Part shown: positions 11,564-23,348 of the stretch, piece after piece | How the letters are laid out: each line of letters starts with the position of its first letter | Numbering within the stretch: the first letter of the stretch is position 1 | From: Phoronis australis | Taxonomy: Eukaryota; Animalia; Phoronida | DNA: 47,375 nt | Assembly (NCBI GenBank): GCA_002633005.1 | Contig: NMRA01000483.1 | Span: forward strand, 1-47,375 | Reading direction: 5' to 3' | Program-made: the position numbers and the translations under genes | Notes under the pieces: generated by a model | Database searches by the model: none | Told to the model about the DNA's origin: nothing | What the model saw: only the letters and a program-made list of their open reading frames with translations

Positions 11564-13837
11564 AGGCCAAGTATGGTGCCAAAATGACTATTTTTACATC
11601 TAAAATACATTTATTGATGAAAAATATCAAAATAGTTTGTCATAGCATACCCCAGTCGTTAATTAAGTTGGCCTTCGACAATACAGTGGCACGAACCCCA
11701 TTTAGCGCAAAAAAAACTTGAGACAACGCACGCGCCAATCGAAGTCAATGACATCATCGTTACCACAAATTTGGCTTTCACTGTGTCTCCACTGTATTGG
11801 AATCCGCGATGACTGGCCATTTCATTTAGTGCAAAATACGTGGAAAATCAAGGAAAACACAGTAATTTTTCATTTCATGTCAGTAAATATTAAAATTGAT
11901 CAAAACCATTACCTTTAGAATTTTTATTCAATTATTTATCACGTATACGGGCCCGTATGGGAATCCCCTGGAGTGTGACTGGGGCCGTCGAAACAGCCGG
12001 AAAAACAAAACGCTTCGTCTGAATTGTTATCAGCAATTTCACAATGTTTATTATAAAGAGTAATTTGCTTGATACAAAAACTTTGGTGTTAGGAACTTTG
12101 CATTCATGTCTCTTTGAAGCCGAAGGTGTGAACACTGCACGATTCCAATACGGGCGACTGTCGAGTGTGTCCCATATTGGTATATGCAACAATAGGCCGT
12201 TTATTTTGGTGCAAAATACTTGGAAACGTTACAACACATATCAGCTTGATCTTTTCGTACAAAGCAATTATAATCAAATTCGTTGAAAACTTTATATTAG
12301 AAACTCAGTTTTCAAAATAAGTCGCTTTCAAATGCGGCAACCTATAGCCTAGTTGCCGCCACTCGGTCAACCTAAAAAAATTACTTAATAGCAACACAAC
12401 ACTGTGAGCGTCTGTAATAAATTAAAACTACGAAATAAAGTCTGGATTGCATGAAAACATACCCAATTATAAGAATTTGTAATCAATTGAATGTTTTAAA
12501 TTCAGTATCAGAATTCCGTTAGGCCTACGGGAACGACCCAGTCAGACTGAATATTCAGGATTTGGCCTGCATTCCCTATACTCTGGGCCGGAACTGTAAC
12601 ACGAAACGTCGAAGTGCACACTGCATATTTTTTGTAGCCAGCCAGCTAGCTGTTTGAAGACTATCACCAAAATACAGCAAGGTAACACTGTGAATTGAGC
12701 TCTGTTAAACCACGAAATATTGTACAGGCTGGGTAAGAGTTGTGTTAGTCACCTCGTCATGAAACTTCTATCGCAGAGCCAACGACCGACAGCCGGGGTG
12801 CATGCAAAATCTGGGATACAATTCGGACACTCACCTTGCCCGTTGCCAGTCGTTCACGGGAAGAACAATCTAATAAACGTCATTTTCTAGCATTACTCTG
12901 CGCCTTTTGAGTTGTGTAACAAAGAAAGTTGTTGTTTTGAAAACAGTACGCTCGTGACAAGCACACGCGCCGTACTAAAATTTTGCGACTTCTTATGGGA
13001 CATGATGACAGCTTCGCAGTAGTAAAGTTTGTTCTAAATTCGGTTTGCTGGTCTTAAAAATGCTAATAACATGTAACAAAATGAAACCAGTTCTGACAAT
13101 TTGTTGTGACAGTACGCAACCTCGTGGCAGCAATGAACAGTTGATAGAAGAATAAACTGGGGGGGGAAGAAACTGTTCAGGTCAGGTGACGTAATGGCTA
13201 AACGCCGACACAAGAGTGCACTTCAATTTTAGCAGTAGATGAGTGGTAGAATGATAACTCTTTCAACACTGGTAAATAATTTGGTTTACTCAAAGAACGG
13301 TGCAGCTTTTAATGACACTATTTCTGAGTCAGATTTTATTTAGTCATTTTTACCCACATCGACGCGAAGCTGTAGATTTTGTATAGGGCTACGGCTTTGC
13401 ACCAAGCCTAAAACAGATCTTGCCGATCAGGAAAGTTTGTCGCCAGTCCTTGTCGTTGATACAAATCTATTCCACGCACGGCACACGACATGATCGGTGG
13501 GGAAGTTGTGCAAATGTATCACATTGTCGCTGACATTGCTACACCCGCACACCACTCAAAGAGGCATTTTAGCCCAGAGATTGACAAGTAAAGAACGTCC
13601 AAGAAATAGCACTCAGCTGTTACGCAGTGTGGCTTCCCAATAATTTCGTGGCCATGATGATGTCATATGAATCATTTTACGCTGATTGGTTGAGACTTTT
13701 TCTTGGGTGCTCAAAGGTGTAATTTGCGTTGCAATTAATTACTTATCGTGGTATGTAAGAAGCAAAACCAATATTTTTTATGAACAATACGTACATTCCT
13801 GGTGTCAAAAAAGTGTCTTAGCCGCTGGATGATGTCT
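11564..13837 (-). mobile_element. Kolobok-like non-autonomous DNA transposon, copy 1
   Basis: TTAA on both sides (11560-11563, 13838-13841) against a single TTAA at the empty site in unit 1 (7941-7944). Termini AG...CT with weak TIRs; decayed THAP ORF; inverted second copy at 31849-33483. Confidence 0.8.
13410..13567 (-). pseudogene. Decayed THAP zinc-finger N-terminus of a transposase
   Basis: MPL*VVCGCSNVSDNVIHLHNFPTDHVVCRAWNRFVSTTR resembles the THAP pattern MP..C.V.GC.N...LH.FP......W..FV..R; contains in-frame stops. Confidence 0.7.
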
Positions 13838-14487
13838 TTAAGGACTCCAACTGCATACAAGTCTGTTAGGTGCATTGTTTACACTGAACTTTTTGCTGTT
13901 CTTGTGATTCTGCATATTGCTTTAATTGAAGGTTTTCAATGTTATAATATGATCGAAGGTGGGAGGTTTAGTTGAGGGTGCAAAAGCTAACAATTAGTGA
14001 TTGGTACAAATTGGGTACTATGAATACACTGTTTCTTAACTCTTAGTAATAAATAAGGTTACTAAAGCACAACTTCATTTATATGATCAGTGCAAGGTAT
14101 TTGCCGTGAAGGTTTTCCATACCATTGAAACCTACTTTTTTGAAAAAAAATGTTTTTTTGTGCGTTTGCCATTGATTGCATGTTGTGTGAAGATTTTTTC
14201 AGTTTTTGTGTTGTGCTCTTCGGCGAAGGGTTGGAAACTCACGATTTATTTTTCCCATTCTCGTTTTTGTGGTTGGCCTTATAGATAGCCTCCACGAATT
14301 ACATGTATCTAAAAATAAACAAAACACCAAAATGAACTTAGGCTAATTTGGGGGTGGACCCTTTCACCACTGAGGTGACCAAAAGATGTCACTGGTGTAT
14401 GCCCTTTTCATGGCCTCTAGACCGATCTGCTGTGTTTTCACTGACTTGCTGTTCACACTTGATGTCTGTCTGTTCTTATTTCAATAG

Positions 14488-14715
14488 GTGAGCGGCTCCA
14501 TAACTTTGTTGTCAAGGTAACCAACATCTCAAGCCTACCTGCCCCATCCCAACAGTGTAGTCGCTACCCAGGACGTGCTAGTACAGGAGATACACTACGT
14601 ATAGACTGCAGTCCTCATCCAGTGTTTGGGCGCTATTTGTATATACAGATTTTCGATGAAGTTGGGCTCCTCACGCTGTGTGAAGTACAAGTTCATGGTG
14701 TTGTGATTTCTTCCG
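14488..14715 (+). CDS. F-type lectin domain 2, C-terminal exon
   Basis: tttcaatag| ... |gtgagt, phase 1-1, 228 nt. (G)ERLHNFVVKVTNISSLPAPSQQCSRYPGRASTGDTLRIDCSPHPVFGRYLYIQIFDEVGLLTLCEVQVHGVVISS. Confidence 0.93.
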
Positions 14716-17700
14716 GTGAGTTGTTGCATATTTGTCGGTAGAAAGTATCAAGGTTGGGATGAATTAAATGAACAAAAGTGAAAATTTGTGATCCATTACA
14801 GGTATTTCATGGTCAACTTGTTCAACCAACACAATATGTTTTGCACAAGCTCAATGCTCATTTAGCTCGCTTCCAGAATATCTGAGATCATTATTATTTC
14901 TTGATAGGGTAGCTCAGGGTATGGTATAATGTTTAACTTTGAGAAAAGGTACCTCAAATGTCATACTGTACACAGGGTTACCTGTTGTACAGTGCTTAAT
15001 TTGTTTCCACTCAATTATGTGCTGATTAAAATATAACAAGTTGTTGCATTTTACCAAAGCGATTTCATATTTCATGGGTTTGCATGGTGCTTTTCACAGG
15101 AGGAAAATGGTTACCACACTTAATGGCTTCTTTCTTGAACTGTTTGAATGAAATTTTGTCCGTTCAAATTCAGATAGATGTGTCCCCATGTGCTTTCCAT
15201 TATTTTTTAACATGAATGGTTTCTTGGTATAGTCAAATAATGTGAACCATACAGTTTCAACTCCAGACCAAAGGAGTTTCCAGGATCAGGATCAGTTTAT
15301 TGTTGAAGTATTCTTACAATCTTTTGTTGGTGCTCCCAGGTCATAAACCAAGTGTGTATTTTTTCAATAAAAGCAACCATAACAAAATGTTTCACAGAGA
15401 ATTCAATTTCGGAAACCAATTTGAAAGAAAAATCAACCCTTTTAGTCCATGATAGTTTGACTTTAATCAGCCAATTTTACTGATTTGAAGTCATCGCTGA
15501 TTCAGAAATTGCCCCACTCACACCAAAGGAACAAAACCAAAGTTTCTGGTACCAACTAGTTTTGTCTACCACCTTAGTTGTAAAAATCCGTTGACGAAGT
15601 ACATCTCACCGCTGTGCGGGTAAAGTTTGTTGAGAAGTGCACCATTCCTGCGGATTACAAAAAGTGCATTTTCTCTTTATATTATCTTTTAATATAAAAT
15701 GTCAATTAAAACTGTTATTTTTTCAATGTTCTTTAGCACGAAGTTTATATATGAAGACAGAGATTGGACATTCTGCTATTAAAAGGCGTGAAGTCACATG
15801 TCTCATCAACATGCATGCTTGTAGGCAGAGTAAGGGAATTTGGTTATTAAACCTTTCGCTACATCGCATATAAAAGCGCATATTAAACACTATCACTGAC
15901 TTTGACGTTGGCCGTTTTTGTTCCATACAACCCTCTTTCTATGAAATCTAGTTCAAATTCCTTACTGTCTTCTAAGAGTATAGTGGCCCATTCCACATGA
16001 AATTGTTTTGTGTTTTGTATGTCCATTACCAGCTATTCTAATGACCCGGTGACCGCGGCCATAGCCGACCAGTCGCCAGATCTTGAAAAGTGTCTGCCTC
16101 CAGAGATCAGCTTAACACAATTTTTGAACTGACTAATCTTTGAGGAACGAGTCCCACTTCTTTGATAAGGAAATCTGTTTTCAGCAACATACAAAAATGA
16201 TATGGTTGGTATTCTCACGTTTAGATGTAAGTCCCAAGTAAAAGATTACAAAGTCTGAATTCAATTTTTCATGGCAAACTGCAGAAGGATATAGTTATAT
16301 ATTACAAACAGTACCAAGCTTGCTGATAGTTCCGAACTAATCAATTTATGAAGTTGGCGCACATCTAAACAAGATTTTAAATCTCAACCTCCTCGTTTCC
16401 AAAAAGTTGGCCTACTCTGCATTCACAGCTATCAAAACATTTCTCACACTATCATTAAGGTTAGGAACCCCTTTGAAATAATTTTGAACCAGCACTTACT
16501 GTTAGAGTAGTAATAGTAATAATAAAAATGATAATAGCTAGCCGAATTCATGCCGTGTCTGACCAGAGTGTATTACTACGGAAGAGGTTTTCAAAAAAAG
16601 CCTCCCAAAAGGATGTTTTCTCGCAGCAAAAATGCTCTCCAAAATGGTTCATTTTCGACAGAATACTATCTAACTGGATGCCTTTTCTGAATTTCTTGAA
16701 CAGAACTGTGGGAAAACGTGAATTGTTACCCAAAATTACTCTTTAAATGGGTATGTATCCACATTTTCGGGTGGCACCCCTCATCAAAGAATACTCAAGT
16801 ACACCAGCCGTGTCAGACACTACTTGTTCGTGATTTTGGTCATTTGCTTTGTGATAAGACATTGGTTTCGTAAAATGTAACAATGGTGCATTTCTTGCAT
16901 GTTCCAGGTGATCAGTGCAATGCGCCCAAATGCGAGGCCTGCGCACGTCCGGTGCAATTATTTTATTTCTTGTATGGGCATTTTACCTAATGTAACAATT
17001 ACATAAAATGTAACAATTGGTTACATTGTAGGAGAAGCTTACCAGCATAACATGTAACAATGAGAACAGTTGTTACATTTTAAGAAATTGTTATATTTTA
17101 CTGTATATCAATGCATCCACTTATACATATTCTTTCATCTCTGTCTACATCTGTAGTCTGCTGCTGTATTTACCAGATCTTTATGAGATTTGGAAAGTGT
17201 GTGCCTGTTATGCTAGGAATAAAAATGGGTTTTGGACTGATTCAGCCTCTAGTGACATTTCTGTACCATTATCAGTCATAATAAATGACCTTATTTCGCC
17301 TATATACGGTCTCTCTTTTTATCTGTGGAAATGGTGCTTGCGACGCACCTATCATTTTTGGGACAAACGGCAAACATAAATTTACTTCTTATTTTAAAGT
17401 TCAATTTTCTGTAGTATTTGCATCTTTGTTTTATACTGATTGTTCCTATAAATTTTGAGTGCTTGTTGATAATTTATTCTTTGCACTAGTTTGGACAATT
17501 TAAATGTAGTGGAAAAGTGATCACTTTTGTCGGCTGACTGTTCATGAAGCATAAACTGATAACATGTGTGTGATTAAACTTGAGATTTTGGAGTTGCATT
17601 TATGTAGCACAACAAATAGGGGCTGAAATTTGAAAAACTTGAGGAAAAATTAAATCATGATGTTATGATATTGTAAAAAATTTTTGAAATTAAACGAAAA

Positions 17701-19894
17701 TTCACTAAGTTGAAGTTAGATTGTAATTCTTTGTAGGAATATTAGTGTAGGAGCCATGGGCATTGAACACACGGGATAGTGTGATATGATACGTTTATTC
17801 TCAACAAAGTTGACGTTGAATGCTTACTGTCCGACAAGGCCAGTTTCACTGAAACAAATATAACGTATAATAAGTCTTCGGAAATACAGAGTTCACGTTA
17901 CAATACAATAATGATATTCCATGTAATATAGCATGGGCTAAACAGTCTTACACAATACGAGAAACAGCCAGTGAATCCTACGGTAATATGAGAAAAATAG
18001 TATAAACTTACAATGATGTAGGCTCTAGGCTCAATGAAAACATCATTAGCGTTGAAAGCATTACTAGTATAGCGGTTCATGTCAAGAAGGCCGGATAGTA
18101 CCGGAACGTGGGTTATCATTACCAGCAATTCGTATACTAGGTCATCCGCCAGGTTCTCTGCGTAAACTAGGTCATCGCTTATGGACCAGTTAGCGCTTCA
18201 CTCTCCGCGTGTCTACTGGAGAGAAGCACCCATGAAGGTTGTTCTACATTTTGTAGCCTAAAATTACCAAAGTTCAAATGTATTCCATTAAAAAGGAAAG
18301 ACAAAACATATTATTACAGATCTCTGGCCAATATCATGAGTCACCACTCGTAAGCAAATCAAAGCTGTCCTCACTCGTTGCCTTATCTCGCACTACCTCA
18401 ATCGACTAGTTTTCAGTTCGCAATGCAACAATACAATTCTCATAAATTCAACTTGTAATGACCCCTTTCAATTTTAAACCATGCCCGAAGTACTCGGAAA
18501 CAAATTATTGTTAGGTACAACGAGGTTTTTTTTCTCTGAAGTGGATCGTAAACATCTCAGGTGAGTTTTCCGTACATAGCTACTTTGGTTTAGAGCTGAA
18601 TTTTAGCTCCCATACTATGGGCCGGGCTGGTCCGACAAGGGCCAATCCCTGTTGTACGCACTACTTAGAGCATTGGAATCAAACTGTTATGAGAAAAAAT
18701 TTATTAGTAAACTGGTGTGAATATTATCAGTGATATAACCAAAAAGTTCGAATTAACTGGACCCACTAATGATAGTCTATGATGATAAACTGATATCAAA
18801 AGGCCAAAATTGGCAATTTTCGGCCACCCCATGTTAAATACAAAATTTTGTCTAATTTTCTTCAAACTCCTACATTTCAATCTTGATTATACTGACATCT
18901 GTTGGGTCTATCGGCAACTAACCGCACATGAAAGGCTTGGTCGAAAATTATCGTTTTCTCACATGCACCTTCGGGTTTTCAGCGGCGATTCCACTGATCG
19001 AAGCGACAAAATAAGCCAAAACTTTGTCCATACCATGTTAAACATAAATTTTTTTTCCAATTTTGCTGAAACTTGGCCACGTTTTTAACAAAATACTTAT
19101 CTATGTTATGTGCTATCGGCAAATGTGATTGATTCATAAATAAGACCCTCACGCTGTGTTTTCTGCTAATCCTATGTATCCTGAAGGGGGCTAACTGAGT
19201 GATTTTCGCGCATGCGCAGTTCACGGTTTCAATATTGCTGGTAATGTATAAGAAGCTTTAGCCAATTCACACACGTAGTATTACGTAACCTTACGCACTA
19301 CAAAATAAAATAGTGCATCAACAATTAGTATAATAGAGGTTACATGAGAGAGCGCACTGCCCATGACCGAACCATTCTTCAAAGTTGAATATGCATCATC
19401 AGACCAAATTAACGGTGCGAACGGCTTTATACTGCACCCAAAACACATACCCCAACTCAAACATCTCATCACCAACATGGGAGGGAAACCTTTGAGGCGG
19501 GCATGTAACCTCTATTATGCTAATATTCCAACGCAGAATTACAATCAAACTTCAAATTAGTGAAATTTCGTTTAATTTCAGAATTCTGCGAAGGAATACA
19601 CATAATAGGGTTCCTTGAGACTTTAAAGCAACTGATGTGCATATTCAGAAACAACAATAAATGTTCCAAATCAATAATCATTCATTCCTGCCCACATTCA
19701 ACAACATAGTGGCAAACTCATCAGAAACACCAGTCTGTTTATCATAGAACCGAGCAAAGGTAGATGCACAAGACCATCCAGCTGTGGACGTAATTGTAGA
19801 AATTGGCACTGATCATTGCTTAGTAGCTGACACACTGGCTGCTGTAGTACTATGAGCGGCAAACTGGGAAGTATCAATACCTGCCCTTCACATG

Positions 19895-20680
19895 ACAAGC
19901 TTAATCCAATGCCTCACCATGTCTATAGTCACTGCATGATAAGGCCTTACATAACTAATCAACAATCGTGACTGCAACCCTCGAATTCAAGAAGTGTGAT
20001 TCAAATATTCATTAAGCACAGTATAAACACAGAGTCTTCTATTTGCGGGATAAGCTTTCAAATTTACGACAACAGGAGGCATTCCTGGTCTACTCTGTTT
20101 TATATGTGAGGGAATGACAAAATTAAAACCAGACTTATCTTTCACCATATCATCAATATCCAATAAATGAATAGTCTGACATCTCTGTGCAGACAACAAA
20201 GCAATCAACATGACAAGCTTCAATGTTAAATCTTTTAAAGTCAGTGATGCCACAGGAGACAAAGTTCTCAAATAATTCAACACCAGGTTAACATCCCAAA
20301 AATGAGTGTACTTTAACTCCAGGAGGTCTCAGTTGAAACACTCCTCGCATGAACTTCACAACCAATGGATGACTGCCAAAAGACTCAATCTGCACAAATA
20401 TAACAAAATTAGATAAAGCACGACGAGCAGAGTTGACCGCACTATAACTCAATCCATCTTCAACTAATTCGGCTAAAAATCCAGTCCAACAGCTAAAGAA
20501 GAACGAACGGGATCAGCCTGTCTTTGACGACAGTACAGTATCCATTTGTCAAGATACGTGGCATACTGCTTCTTGGTGCTGCATCTCCACGATGCCAAGA
20601 TAACTTCTTTTGTGCGGCTATATACTCCTGGCCCTCAGCGGATAGCCTGATAAATGAACGGCCAGTAATACTAGCTTCTG
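19895..20680 (-). mobile_element. DIRS-type retrotransposon fragment (tyrosine recombinase, decayed)
   Basis: SW..STKKQY..Y..KW..YC, YSAVNSARRALS, GSHPLVVKFMRGVF, WDVNLVLNYL, LTLKLVMLIALLSAQRCQTI, KQSRPG, LCVY..LNEYL and LLISYVRPYHAVT...RHWIK across frameshifts. Confidence 0.88.
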
Positions 20681-20704
20681 TCTCAAAGGATGTTTTGCAC
20701 CCGA

Positions 20705-21008
20705 CACTGGCGGGTGTGAACTACTGCAAANGGGGTAACAGGAAAGTCATGCAAGCAAGTGTCACGTGCGGTGCAGTGCTGTGTGTGTCATCAGCTTATA
20801 CTCTGTGGTGGCATTACTGCGTCATTTTATCTTCACTTGAGAATGAAACAAGAATGTTTCGAAATATCTTGTGTCTTTTAATTATGTCGCTAGGTCAGTT
20901 ACTGTATCTATGTTCAGTTGAACTTGAGAGTAGAGTTTTGTTCCGAAAGTACAAATATAACGGAATAAAGACTGTGACCAATGAAAAGTGTCGTGCATTT
21001 AACAAAAA
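20705..21008 (+). mobile_element. Truncated PLE pLTR fragment (same family as 5113-7909) with a 5' inverted segment
   Basis: ~20705-20770 matches ~5377-5460 directly; ~20780-21008 matches ~5155-5372 as reverse complement. Contains an N at 20731. Confidence 0.85.
20834..20871 (+). ncRNA. Minimal hammerhead ribozyme motif (stem I disrupted)
   Basis: CAC-UUGAGAA-U-GAAACA-agaa-UGUUUC-GAAA-UAU-C-UUG. Confidence 0.6.
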
Positions 21009-21430
21009 CTGTGTTCTGTATCTCCATTGAATTCATTTACAGTTCAAAACTGATTGCAAACTATAAAAAACTTGGGTACAATGAATAGATTTGCCACCAT
21101 TTTCAACTACTTTAAAGATTTCCCCCTCAAGTGGTCGCCACGCATGGCATGCATCTTGTCTGAAACGTTTTTATAGGAAAAATCTGAAAACAAGGGTTCT
21201 TATTGTTGCTTTGAGTAATGAATGTTTTGGATTAATTTTCCCAGTTTTTTGTTATGCTATGATATAAGTGTTTTTTAACATGATTTCTAACTACTAGATA
21301 GTGTTGTTAATTGTTTGTGTAATTGAGATGTTCTGTTTACGAACAAGGTTATTGTTCATGTTACCACTGTGAGGAGCTTATATGATAAAACATGATTTGA
21401 AGTCTGTCATTTGAGGAATGTATTTTTCAG

Positions 21431-21736
21431 ATCACTGGTGGCATTCTTCAACATTGGCTCAGTCTGACAGCAAGGTGATCTTGACCTTCCAGGCCTGGCC
21501 CTCGGTCAAGACACATTTACCCACCGCCACAAAGTTTGTTGTACTGTATAAACTGAATACATCAACATCATGGAGTCAAGTAGGAGGGGACATAACTCCT
21601 AGCTTATTGTCCACTGGTGTTGTGCAACGTGAAGTAGAACTAACAACTGCAGGGTTATACAAGTTCAATGGTCAAGTAGTTTATGCAGATGGGATTATTG
21701 AGTGGACTTCAGCTAAAAGTATAATGTTTTGTACAA
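21431..21736 (+). CDS. Exon encoding a divergent fibronectin type III-like domain
   Basis: tatttttcag| ... |gtaagt, phase 1-1, 306 nt open. VILTFQAW...FVVLYK...SW...L...GLYKFNGQVV beta-sandwich pattern. Confidence 0.8.
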
Positions 21737-22434
21737 GTAAGTTGTCTTCTACAGAACTTACCTTTACTCTCTCTGTCTTGCTTGTTTTGTGCTTTAGTGT
21801 GCTCTAGTGTCCTCATATTTTTGTGACAGTTAGTGCCACTGGGAAATTAGAATGCACGCGCTTTCAGAGAGTAAGCATGATTACAGGGCACCCATTTGTT
21901 TGGAGACACGACTCTTAGCTAGTTCTTCTTTTCATAATCCTTTTGTATGGATCAAAATCCATCCTATAAAATGATCGTTTGTTTATAATTGAAGTAATAA
22001 CATTTATATTTGTTTTATGTTTCAACACATCAAGCCACAATAAAAGTGTAACTTTTTCAATACAGTTCTGTTGGAAATGTGGGCCTTTTTAGAATTCAAA
22101 CCATTACCTAAGATTTTTAGGGAATTCGATCAGAAATGGTGTTCTTTTGGGGGCGAATCTGGTTGTATGTGAGCAAAATGTCCCCTATATGCCCCCCGCC
22201 GAGGCTTTTCTTTTGCTTTCTTGAAAGTTTGGATACAGCCACGCCTGGCCAGATGTTTCTGTGTAATTTATAAACTTGAACAAAGCTTATTTCATTAATA
22301 AAATGCTCTGTTTTATAATAACTGAATAAACTATTGAACCATAGAATTGCTGTTACCATTGTGTATTCTGTCACTTCAATGCCTGTGTTCATAAGACAGG
22401 TTTTTTGACTTAGAAATTAGAATACGCAAAAGGT

Positions 22435-22721
22435 CAGTGCCGGATCCAGGATTTTGACTTGGGGGGGGCAGGGCACAGCAATAACCAGCCTAAAGTGTAG
22501 GGATGCCGGGGTCTTGAATTTTTGGGTTTGCGGATCTTTTGACTAAAAAAAAAACGGTAAACGCGGTTGTTCAGGGCCTATGCATTGTTTATTCACCCCC
22601 CGAACCCCCTGGTTGCGCGCATGTGCTAGTCAGCAATTCGCACCCAAACTGCCAAATGGTATCTGGTAGAATTTTAGGGGGGCCATGGCCCCCTTGGCCC
22701 CTCCCCCCTAAATCTTCTACG
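22435..22721. mobile_element. Short MITE-like element with G-rich/C-rich subterminal tracts
   Basis: Starts cagtgccggatccagga..ggggggg and ends ccccccctaaatc; TIRs are degenerate and no clean TSD was found. Confidence 0.45.
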
Positions 22722-22854
22722 GAAGGTTACCTTGATCGGCTTTAAGTTCATCACTGAGTGATAAGATTGTACTTTGTTTTGTAGAATGTTTGCAAAAACT
22801 TAGTTCAATTGGAAAGTTAACCACTGCTTAATTTGTTCACTTGTTTTTCCTTAG

Positions 22855-22937
22855 CACCCTCTCCTGTACAAAACTTGACTGGTACATCAGCACGACAAGA
22901 TAGTTCTACAAAAGCCACTCTAACACTTACTTGGGAT
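22855..22937 (+). CDS. FN3 domain, first exon
   Basis: tttttccttag| ... |gtaagt, phase 1-0. PSPVQNLTGTSARQDSSTKATLTLTWD (FN3 P..P.NL....L.L.W). Confidence 0.9.
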
Positions 22938-23128
22938 GTAAGTATTACTTTGGTGAAACTTTCCTTTACAAAGCATCTGTGTTCAAGAGTCACTGATAGC
23001 GCACTAAACTCATACATATATACAGCATGCATTGTGGTTCACTTCATGTAAACAAAAAGCATTCAACTATAATTGTAGTAATTGTGTCCATTTTTCTTTT
23101 TCCAAATACTTCAGTTTTTCCATTTCAG

Positions 23129-23348
23129 GATCCAACTTCAGTAAACTGTAACTCAATTCTGGAGTATCGCATTGTATTTAAAAAGAACTCTGACACTGCA
23201 TGGGGTCAAGCACAGACAACTCAGTCCAGATCTCACACAGTGCGAGACCTTGATGCTTACATCAAATATGATGTTGAAGTCACAGTAGTTAATGATATGT
23301 CCTTGCAATCAGTAGCAACGGTTATGGATATAACAACTGCTGAAACAG
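23129..23348 (+). CDS. FN3 domain, second exon
   Basis: tttttccatttcag| ... |gtaaag, phase 0-1. DP...N..ILEYRIVF...W...HTVRDLDAYIKYDVEVTVVN..S...ITTAET (FN3 L.P.T.Y.V.V.A.N motif). Confidence 0.92.

Larger units (their letters stand above)
3280..15027 (+). repeat. Recent tandem segmental duplication: unit 1 ~3280-9620, unit 2 ~9672-15027, each carrying one two-exon F-type lectin domain
   Basis: Colinear near-identity of introns and exons (e.g. 4201-4440 vs ~10597-10835; 8510-8780 vs ~14215-14485) once the unit-specific TE insertions are removed. Confidence 0.95.

Noticed and set aside
20524-21030. 168-aa ORF
   Set aside because: Chimeric read-through of antisense DIRS sequence, an N gap and a PLE pLTR.
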